Below, one piece after another: positions 1 to 8,331 of a stretch of DNA of 22,409 nucleotides (its first letter is position 1; each line of letters opens with the position of its first letter). Where the stretch lies: NCBI GenBank assembly GCA_965645245.1, contig OZ287076.1, forward strand, positions 2,294,001 to 2,316,409, given 5' to 3'. The DNA comes from Massalongia carnosa. Its lineage: Eukaryota. The notes below the pieces were generated by a model. That model searched no databases and was not told where the DNA came from. It saw nothing but the letters and a program-made list of their open reading frames with translations. The position numbers were made by a program, and so were the translations under genes.

Positions 1-456
1 GGCCGGCCCCCTGAATCCTAATGCAGTAAGGTGGTTAAGGAGGTGTTTGCTATAGCAAACAATCTGGTCAATAAGGTCCTCGGGAGGACCCCTCGAACTT
101 CCTTCCTTCTAGATAGCATTAATATAATCACCTTTCAAAGCCTTCAGTCTGCCACTAAGCCTCCTGTAATCAAAGTCTCGTTCGTAGTATGGATGTTCCG
201 AGATGTCAATCTCGCGAGCCCCTTCCTTCTCATTTCCTGACCCAGCCTTCGGGGTCTTTTCTAGTGTGCATTCTGTCTCGTCTCCCATCTGCTTACCGGG
301 TGTAAGATCGGAGTCTTCGAACGTCCCTGGCATACTATCAGAGCGAGCCGATTGACGGGACATGGAACGGGCGCGAGTGTTAAAGGCAGGGCCTGCTTGA
401 GTGTCTTCGCGAGGAGCGCCGGCCTTTCGAGCAGTCAGGGGAGTTTTCGAACTCAT
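1..456 (-). pseudogene. gag: gag-like ORF N-terminus with an in-frame TAG
   Basis: ATG at 456 lies downstream of the LTR/PBS. The TAG at 109-111 (plausibly CAG>TAG) is followed by a frame that stays open to the window edge (KEGSSRGPPEDLIDQIVCYSKHLLNHLTALGFRGPA). Identity is inferred from position only. Confidence 0.5.
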
Positions 457-639
457 GACTGTGTTCTGGAGGTGAAAGAGCTCTGTCTTTCGATTCTGGA
501 AGTTTTAAAGGTTCTGGAGTGAGGACCAGCTCGGATTCTCACGAGTGGTCGTTCTGGAAAGCTAAAGGAGCAGGTCGTTGTCCCTTTCTAAATGTACTGA
601 AAGTTCTAGAAGACTGGAAGAGTTCTAATAAGCATTAAA

Positions 640-651
640 TGTAGTTAAATT
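640..651 (-). promoter_or_regulatory. Self-priming primer-binding site
   Basis: 640-651 TGTAGTTAAATT is the exact reverse complement of 697-708 AATTTAACTACA inside the LTR, and lies 1 nt outside the LTR end. Confidence 0.7.
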
Positions 652-652
652 A

Positions 653-854
653 TGTCAAGCAGCTTGCCCTGATATTATTCAGTAGCTATGAACTAGAATT
701 TAACTACAAGGAAAGAAAAGAATAATCATCGCTGAACTCCTAAACATAATCTACCGTGGTGCGCTAGCCAGTCAAGCGACGCGCGCTACTGCTTAGGGGA
801 GTCACGCTGTCCCGTGACCACCAGAGCATGTCGGGTCAGGCCAGGACCCTGACA
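653..854 (-). repeat. LTR (5' LTR of the Gypsy element)
   Basis: Terminal inverted 5-mers TGTCA (653-657) and TGACA (850-854); a PBS lies directly adjacent. Confidence 0.7.
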
Positions 855-1095
855 GATACTTCGATAAAGCCTTTATTGAATTATTGTCTTCTCTCTTTCT
901 CGCCTCCGACAACTCACGAATGCCTTCCCAAAAGCAATATGAGTCATTACGCCGCATGACTGCCTACCAAATCGCCCTGACAACTATGTACACTCTCCTC
1001 CTCGGCCGCCCAAATGCTGATGAATTTTTCGCAGCCTCTGTCGTACTAGCTGCGGAAAAGCCAACTTGGTTTTTTCAATTGCGAGAAAATGAGCT

Positions 1096-2653
1096 TCACA
1101 TGACGGGGTCGAGGAAATTATCATCGTCTAGGTCAGAGAGTATCTCCACGCCCATCAATTCCAGCTCTTCTCTCGCAGGTCTATGCTTGTCATATGGTGG
1201 TGGCCGTGGATTATACCCTGCTGGTCTCTGCTGTGCAAGTGCGTCTTGCCGAAGCTCTTCAATGTAGCTACTTTCTTCGTCTATATCATTAATCTTCTCA
1301 GTTTCAGGATGCCACGTAGATAGAGCGCATTTTCTTTTGTGATCATAGGGATATCGTTCTAATTGTTCGACTTTGTCATCGTCTTCCAGAGTTGGCAATA
1401 TATAATCAAATGAGGATTTAGCACTCGTTTCTCCGCGAATTCGTTTACGTTCCGAGACGTACTCGGCATCTTCATTGATCAAATCTGCGGCCACCCTGGA
1501 TCGTTTGGTAGGACTGTTGCTGCGGGAAGCCGCTGCTTGTCTCCCAAGCATGACCGCGTTCGTGATCTCCTCAACAACTCGTTCGCCTGTGTCCGCTTTC
1601 AACCGAGAAACTAGTCGGCTCCTTGATCTATTGAGGAAGCCTAACAGGAAAGGAAATATAGACCAGGCGAACCTCGTAAACAGGAACTCCAAACTGCATT
1701 GGGTAATGCTGAGACGAGTATTATGATATAGTTGTCCAATATCCGAACTTGGTTCTAGCATGTGTAGCACAAAGCCGTCGGAGTCTTTAGGGAAGAAGAC
1801 AAATCTGCGCTGATCGAAAGACTTATGCATATCGGATCTCAACAAGACCGCATTACCGGGATCTCTTAGAAGGTTGCCTGGATCCAGCGTCAAGAAAGAA
1901 TTCCATTCGCTCATGGAATTTGACAGAAACCATTGTCTTTCGTGTTCTGGGATCAAGTGTGCAACTTCCGTACCACTCTCAAATGCCGTAATACGACATG
2001 TGACATCGCGTTGGCGTATCGCTGCCGTCAAATTGGACTGTGAGATAGTATTCAAACCTGCGTCTTGAATACGCCTGCACCGCGTCCAGGTCTCTGGCAG
2101 ATCTCTCGGAAAAGTCCAGTCTTGAAAGGTGGGCACGACCGGCCATCGATAAGGCGATCGAGATTCATTGTTGAAAGGCACCGACGAGTCTGGCACGAGG
2201 AGTTTTATGATGTCAGTTGTTGTGTTTCAGTTGCTTCTCACCTCTCATGATTAAACGTTTCAATGCGCAATACGTACCTAAGGGATAAGGAATATAAAAG
2301 TAATAGTCTGCGATCGCAGCAGGCAAAACGTCGTCCCAGGCAGCCAAGATGCGCTCGCCATGCTCGCCGTCGCAGGTTCTGCTCAAGTAACCATTGGTAC
2401 AATTGCCTGCGAATATAGAACAGGCGCCGTGTGCTAAGCCATGGTGTATTCCACCTTCGTCATGATCCCAAGCATATAACGTGAACAGGATGTTATCATC
2501 GGGGGCGTAAGCAGGATGACGAAAGTTGATTCGATATTTGCGATGGTGAACGGGTGCCTGGAGAAATTCGTATTGCCTAGGGATTGGACTTGGAAATAAA
2601 GACGCAGGTTCTCTTACATATACATGTGCGAGAGTTTGAACCGGAGCTGACAT
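1096..2653 (-). CDS. Fungal HNH endonuclease (HNH_2-like), 2 exons, ~489 aa
   Basis: Exon 1 is 2653-2278 and exon 2 is 2189-1096. The 88-nt intron 2277-2190 (GTACGT donor, CTGAC branch site, CCAG acceptor) joins the two ORFs in frame (YPL-D-SSVPF). Motif: RDVTCRIT...EVAHLIP...DPGNAVLLRSDMHKSFD. Confidence 0.8.
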
Positions 2654-2805
2654 GATTCAAGATGATATTCATTCGAATTAGAGGTGTCGGCTTCAAGAAC
2701 AATATTAGCTCGGAAACAAAGCGGAGAAAGGAGAATCTCTTCCGCGAGTCCCGTTGCCGACCAGATGATTAGAGCTTCATGCAAAAGTTATACGATGAGA
2801 AGAAC

Positions 2806-2997
2806 TGTCAAATTATAGGATAACTAATCCTAAACATCAGTGGTAACTCAGGATGATATATCTGAAGGTTTATTCCGGCCCGACTAGACACGTGGCCTCC
2901 CCCCTTAGATAGATTCCCACTTTTCCACATCCTCCACAATACAATCAACATCTACCCAATTCCCTGATTATGCCTTTTGACCCTTATATATTTGACA
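2806..2997 (+). repeat. Copia 5' LTR (192 bp)
   Basis: 8-bp terminal inverted repeat TGTCAAAT...ATTTGACA, immediately followed by the PBS. Confidence 0.85.
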
Positions 2998-3008
2998 GTT
3001 ATGAGCCC
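2998..3008 (+). promoter_or_regulatory. PBS complementary to the initiator tRNA-Met anticodon region (half-tRNA priming)
   Basis: GTTATGAGCCC directly after the LTR matches the GGTTATG(G/A)GCCC-type PBS of copia/Ty5-like elements. Confidence 0.8.
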
Positions 3009-3081
3009 GGATAGTCGTAAAGACACCGCAAATCGTCAAGAGCATTAGATTCTTAAATTCAACGAGACAGCAATCGCGAAA

Positions 3082-4068
3082 ATGGCAGCAGAATCCAAAA
3101 CGATGAGGACAATCCTCGAGACATCAGAGGATTGGGAGACGTGGTATGATGAATTGAAAACGATATCAGCTAACGAGTTTTGGAATATGGCAGATCCAGA
3201 CCAACCTACTGTTCTTCCTGCGGCAGCTCCCTACAAGCCGGTAGTAGCAGACATAGTACAAGGAGAGACACTATACACAAACCTCTCAGCCGCAAATCAG
3301 CGAATGTTCGATAATGCAAGAAAACATTACGAGTCGGATCAGAAAGACTATATAAGACAAGAAACCTCGTTGACGACGATAAGAAAACACATAGTAGAAA
3401 CAGTTCCGATCACAAACCGAACGAGCCTGAAAGCGAGTATGTCAGTAAAGGAGTGTCTCATTATCTTACGAAACCTTATGGCACCTCCGACGGGACATTC
3501 CATGGCGTTGGCGAAGGAGAAATATGATAAGTTGCTTAGGATGAAGGCGAAACCACTAGACTGGTTGGATAAGTGGGAGAAGGTAGTAGCCAAGGCCCGA
3601 CAACACGATTTGTCGGAGTTCAAGCACGGAATATGGCTTGGAAATATGTCGTCGTGGATGAAACCACACGCACCAGAACTATCCTATGCACTTCGATCCA
3701 GAGGCAACGACGCCGCAAGAAATGACATATCGCAATATCCAGAAGTCCTAAGAGAAATCCGAGAATACTTGAGGGATGGAGTGAAGCAGACGGTCCGGGG
3801 AGCCGCGTTCCAGACGTTAGTGGACGACGAAGACGAAGATGGCCTACTAGAAGAAGTAGCCAATACAGCCACTAAGAGAAAGAGGGCAAATAAAACTGGA
3901 CAATCTCACCATGGAGGGAAAAGGCACGATAAGATATGCCCTGCGTGTGAAAGACCAGCCCATGATCTCGAGAACTGTTGGTTTATATTCCCAGAAGGGA
4001 AACCAGATGACTACACTCTAGGGAAAAGGAAAACTAAAGAGGACAATTTGTCTGATTCATCAAGTTGA
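3082..4068 (+). CDS. gag: Copia Gag with CCHC zinc knuckle
   Basis: 328-aa ORF after the PBS, containing CPACERPAHDLENC (C-x2-C-x4-H-x4-C). Confidence 0.85.
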   Translation: MAAESKTMRTILETSEDWETWYDELKTISANEFWNMADPDQPTVLPAAAPYKPVVADIVQGETLYTNLSAANQRMFDNARKHYESDQKDYIRQETSLTTIRKHIVETVPITNRTSLKASMSVKECLIILRNLMAPPTGHSMALAKEKYDKLLRMKAKPLDWLDKWEKVVAKARQHDLSEFKHGIWLGNMSSWMKPHAPELSYALRSRGNDAARNDISQYPEVLREIREYLRDGVKQTVRGAAFQTLVDDEDEDGLLEEVANTATKRKRANKTGQSHHGGKRHDKICPACERPAHDLENCWFIFPEGKPDDYTLGKRKTKEDNLSDSSS

Positions 4069-4114
4069 CAAACTTCCTGCATTTCAAAGGTCAGATTCAT
4101 CTAGTAAGGCCGCA

Positions 4115-6326
4115 TTGCTAATAACTCCAATACCTCGTCGTCGTTTAGGAAAACCTAGATCCTCCTCAAAGGGAGATGCCTTCATCTGGCATTGTCGTAT
4201 GGGACATCATGGACCAATAAGCCTTCACAAACTAGGAGAGAACTCATTAGGTGTTACACTATTAGGGCCATTGACCACTCAGTGTGAGGCGTGTATTCTG
4301 GCAAAGATGTATAGACAAATATCACGTCGGCCAGGAAATAGAAAAGTGACGAAGCCAATCCAGGAACTGCACATAGATTGGACGGATTTCGATAAGGCCA
4401 TGGATGGTTTTATACGAACAATGTTTATCACAGACAAATATACTGGATTACTCATACCTTATTTCATGTCAACATACGGAGAGGAGTTAGAAACCCTCAA
4501 GATTCTCAAAGACCTAATGGCTTGGTGCAAGCAACGGAACCTACTGATAGAAAGGATACGGTGATATCTGGAGTTGAATAGAAAGCGTGCCAACAAGTGG
4601 TTGTCATCGGTAGGGATAGAATTCGAACCTTCCGTTCCTAGAACTGCAGCACAAAATGGTGTAGCGGAACGTTCAGGGGGTGTGATAGTGACGAAGGCGA
4701 GGGCGATGTCAATAGGAGCTAAGTTACCATCAAATCTCTGGAAGGAGGTAGATGCGTCAACGTATTTACATAATAGGACTCCTAGAGAGGCTCAGTCCTG
4801 GAAATCACCGTTCGAAACATTCTACAAAACCAAACCTCAATTGGCCCATTTAAAGGCCTATGGCTGCAGAGCATATGCGATGACTGAGGACGCTCAACTT
4901 CATAAGAACAGACGACAGAAACTCCAACCCCCTGCATATATAGGACACCTGGTAGGATACCGATCGACGAATATCTTTAGAGTGTGGATACCAGAAAGAC
5001 ATGGTGTCATCTCCACACGAGACGTGATACTCGATGAGTCCAGATTCTACGAAGGACAGTTACCCGAAGAAGGAACGTCTAAAGTAGAGAGAGAGACCAT
5101 CATAAATAGGATCGAGTTGCCAGTGGCTGAAGCAATAAATGAAGGCATCTTAGAGGAAGATGTGGAGATACTAGAGTATCATAATGATGAAGCAGAGGAT
5201 ATATCTGACGTCGATAGGCTTGATAGACCAGACAAATTGATCGAGGACCTACGCCAAGCAGAGGAACAAGAACGTGGATTACCAACACCACCACCAGATG
5301 AGGATGACGAATTAGCCATGGCACTTCATGCTCGGTTAGAAATTGAAGATATACATGAGGCAAGCTGCTCTCAATGTGACTTCGACGATAATATCTATAT
5401 TAGTAAAGAAGCACCACGCATCCAAACATCAGAACTCGGGGCATTTGCCGCTGGTCGGTTGTTCAGTAAGTTCCATAAGTTGAATCTACCCCCACCTCCC
5501 AAAACCATACGTGACCTGGAGGGTCACATGTTCGAGTCTCACTTCATCGATGCCATCAGAGAACATCTCGGTGAGCATGAGAAGATGGAGACGTTTGAAC
5601 TAGTCGAAACAAGCATACCATAAGACATCAAGTGCTGGACTGCATGTGGGTTTTCACCTACAAGACAGACAGTGATGGCTATTTGGTAAAATGCAAAGCT
5701 AGATTAGTAGTATGTGGGAATCAACAAGAGGTTGGGGAACTACCAACACGAGCGACCACTTTGGCCAGCTCAGCATTCAGGTCCATGATGGCTTTAGTTG
5801 CGAAGTATGATCTAGAAACTAGACAACTCGATGCAGTAAATGCATTTTTCAACTGTCCGCTGGACGAGGTGGTATACATACATATTCCACCATATTATCC
5901 ATTCACAGGTAGGCATTCGCATTCGCCGTCGAGCGGGCGGGCACTGAAAAGAGGACGACTCTATCAGAAGACCAAACAGCGGCGACCCCTGGTGAAATGA
6001 TGACTTCTGTAAAGGAAGGCCTTCACACCCAAGAGAAAACGCGGCCAGTCTAGGTGAGAAACCAATCTGGAGAACTAGTCGACAAGGACTGATCACCCTT
6101 GAATCGATATAGTCCCGGACAGTAAAGCTCAAAGGTGGAAGAGGTTAAATCAGAGATGTGGTCTAAAACAAAAATATGTGTTAAGACTGAGAAAAGCACT
6201 CTATGGCCTGGACGGTCACCATATCTATGGCAGAATCATCTGTCAAAAACATTTCAATCCATGAAATTTAGAGCCATACCTCAAGAATCATGTATAATGA
6301 TGAGAGGCGGAATCCTAGCATTATGA
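4115..6326 (+). pseudogene. pol: Copia pol remnant: GAG-pre-integrase, rve integrase, SH3 region, partial RT
   Basis: Motifs: WHCRMGH...CEAC; ELHIDW; QNGVAER; HLKAYGCRAY...STRDVILDE; WVFTYK...KARLVVCGNQQ...QLDAVNAFFN; LRLRKALYGL (from 6181). Lesions: stop at 4562 where the second catalytic Asp is expected, stop plus frameshift near 5623, an insertion at ~5908-6170, and a frameshift near 6210. Confidence 0.9.
5991..6097 (+). ncRNA. Candidate box C/D (K-turn) RNA inside a foreign insertion in the Copia RT
   Basis: GGTGA stem (5991-5995), A, box C ATGATGA (5997-6003) ... box D CTGA (6089-6092), TCACC (6093-6097); 107 nt in total. No guide target identified. Confidence 0.3.
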
Positions 6327-7256
6327 ATGGGAAAATGGGCCTTAGGGTCAGGATGGACTTTAGAGATTTTTTTCGGGGAAACGATCGGGAACGATCTTAT
6401 CAGGGCAGCGCTCTACCTCTTCTTGTCGTGCGAGCATCGTGGTGGGAGATATAAGGCGCCGAAGGGGGTAGTGTTCGAGGTGGGATTACCGAAAGCGGCA
6501 ATCGTGGGGTGGCAGAATTCTCCCCGCTTTCCGAATCGGGGTTTTCGGGACACGACGTCAGAGAGGTACCCAGGCAACCAGAGTTAACAGATATAAAGAA
6601 GGTTCGTATATAGGATATAGTCATAAGAAGACGCACTATCAATATCCGTAGTTTCTATACCTATAGATGATTTTTTCGCGGGAGTTACACCAAGATATGT
6701 GGTTACTAGAAGAGGGCTCGATACGCTTTGCCAAATCGAGGTTTTCGGGACATCTCCTGTCGGTGCTTTATTTACATTGGCCCGACCTTCTCTTATAGAT
6801 AATCTATCTATCCTAATACTGTACTGGCCCGGATAATGCAGCAATACCTTCGAAGCAGCGTGGCGGGCGGCGCAGATAATATACTGATAACGAGCTAGTT
6901 CGTGTCAATCTCGTTATATTGCTACTAAGTATGTTTGGGCTATTGCTCACAGCCCCCGGCCTCGAGAGGGGGACTCGATAAGGGCCTTGCTGTCTACTAA
7001 TGTAAGACCCTCTCGCAGGCCTTGGGCTGTGAACAGACTCCCTCTATCTAAGCGACAGAAGAACTGGAGTGGGTGGGTGGGAAAGAAAACGTTGCAAACA
7101 GTGCTATCAAAATGCTATGCTTTTTGATTGTCTTGAGATGTGAGATGATGAGGGATACCGTCTGGGACCTCCTCTTTATATATCTTCTTCCTATTCTCCT
7201 TGTCCTACTCTACCATCCCAGTATGCCCCATCAACGCGGCCCATAGCAAGGCATAC
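6327..7256 (-). mobile_element. Probable decayed LTR-element 5' end (LTR part, PBS-like site, leader and degraded ORF)
   Basis: The minus strand reads TATATAAAG, a pyrimidine-rich tract, ...GGTCTTACA (LTR-like end at 7001), then T-TAGTAGACAGC (a TGG-type PBS if a G>A change is assumed), flanked by a long inverted repeat. The upstream boundary is uncertain. Confidence 0.4.
6944..7035. repeat. Imperfect 27/28-bp inverted repeat
   Basis: TGCTCACAGCCCCCGGCCT-CGAGAGGG (6944-6970) versus the reverse complement of 7008-7035, TGTTCACAGCCCAAGGCCTGCGAGAGGG. Confidence 0.85.
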
Positions 7257-7277
7257 ACAAATCCGAAACCTAACTGT

Positions 7278-7382
7278 CGTCCGAAGGATCGATGCGGTGC
7301 TAAGATCTCTATGCCGTGCTGAGACATCCTTATGGTGCTGAGACATCTATGCCGTCCGAGAGATCCATGCGGTGCCGAAATC
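7278..7382 (+). repeat. Cluster of short direct repeats
   Basis: CGTCCGAAGGATCGATGCGGTGCTAAGATC (7278-7307) resembles CGTCCGAGAGATCCATGCGGTGCCGAAATC (7353-7382). GTGCTGAGACATC occurs at 7316 and 7335. Confidence 0.7.
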
Positions 7383-7653
7383 AAAGCGGGAGCTGTCTCG
7401 ATTAACGACGCACTAGCTCTCAGCATAGCCGAACTAGAAAGTGAGAAGAGCAAACACTAACTGTAAGAGGCGCCACTGACTTCATCCTCCAGGTCCAGTC
7501 GACTTCATCACGTTCGAGCGATCATTATCGTCCGGAGCTCCTGCCAGCACGCGGCCCGAGATTGGGCTCCGAATAAGTCTGGATATTTGAATCCCGCCCG
7601 ACTCTGGTGCTCAAGAACATAATAACAGAGTACCCGATGCTCGATTATCACAA

Positions 7654-8331
7654 TTGCCCAGCCCATGTCACAGGCTTTGCCTACAAAGCACGCCGGAAGA
7701 GGCAGAAGTTATAGGACGTATCAAGCAGATACAAATCGACGAGCAAGCCGGCGACGGCGAAAAGGAAGAATATGATGCCGAAGTTGCAGCGCGAGTAAAG
7801 GCAATGGCGACTGGCGACTCGGAAGCTATGAACACCCCGAATGTACTACACGGCAGCGGACGGGCGAGGATTGAGACAAAGTCACATGATTCTGATTACA
7901 TCCTCCAGGAGTTTGAGAATTTTGATTTGGGCGTACAACAAGAGCTTAGCAAAGCACGGGAACCTAATAGATCTACAATGAAGTTGCAGAGATCACAGCA
8001 GAATGCGCCCCGCAGCAATGACAACAGCAATAGCATAACCCCTCAGTCTGCATCAAGTGGAAAACAAAGCCGACGGAGTAAGAGCGCGTCTTTTCCGGCG
8101 CAGAAAAACACCCTCTTATCATGGGTAAGGCCAGGCTTAGACACTACTGCCAAGCATCCCCCGGCGACTCGATGCCTACCCCCCAGCTTTCCTTCGCTTT
8201 TGCCTTTGCCTCAGCCACTATACGGGCGTGAGCAAGCGGAGGCACTGCCTACGACCCCCCCTCGGCGGCTGACCCAATCCCTGGCGAGGTGCCCACGCCA
8301 GCCAGACCTAGGGTATTACATGACAGCTTAG
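7654..8331 (+). pseudogene. Low-complexity N-terminal part of the large uncharacterised gene, separated from it by a frameshift
   Basis: A C7 run at 8255-8261 shifts the frame. The paralogous copy has C8 (21027-21034), which reads in frame into EVPTPARP. The true start may lie further upstream. Confidence 0.6.

Larger units (their letters stand above)
1..854 (-). mobile_element. 5' portion of a Ty3/Gypsy (Tf1/chromovirus-like, self-priming) LTR retrotransposon, continuing beyond the window start
   Basis: A TGTCA...TGACA-bounded 202-bp LTR at 653-854 is followed on the minus strand by a PBS complementary to the LTR interior, a ~180-nt leader, and an ATG-initiated ORF at 456. Confidence 0.75.
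2806..6326 (+). mobile_element. Ty1/Copia LTR retrotransposon, degenerate and 3'-truncated (no protease, RNase H or 3' LTR)
   Basis: 5' LTR and PBS, gag with a CCHC knuckle, then integrase preceding RT (Copia domain order). Homology stops just before the RT YVDD motif. Confidence 0.92.

Noticed and set aside
6085..6120. GATATAGTCC resembling the group I intron S element
   Set aside because: The only candidate P7 partner (GGACTG) is too close to fit P3' and P8, and no P or Q elements are seen.
5905..6186. Copia RT insert as a spliceosomal intron (CAG|GTAGGC donor)
   Set aside because: No acceptor with a good branch site restores the RT frame; splicing to TTAAG gives an immediate stop.
6341..6352. 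TTAGGGTCAGG near the Copia truncation, and TAGGGT at ~20858 and ~20936, as relic telomeres
   Set aside because: These are single units, expected by chance in 22 kb.
7278..7382. Repeat cluster as a CRISPR-like array
   Set aside because: The context is eukaryotic, the units are irregular, and there is no repeat-spacer periodicity or cas gene.
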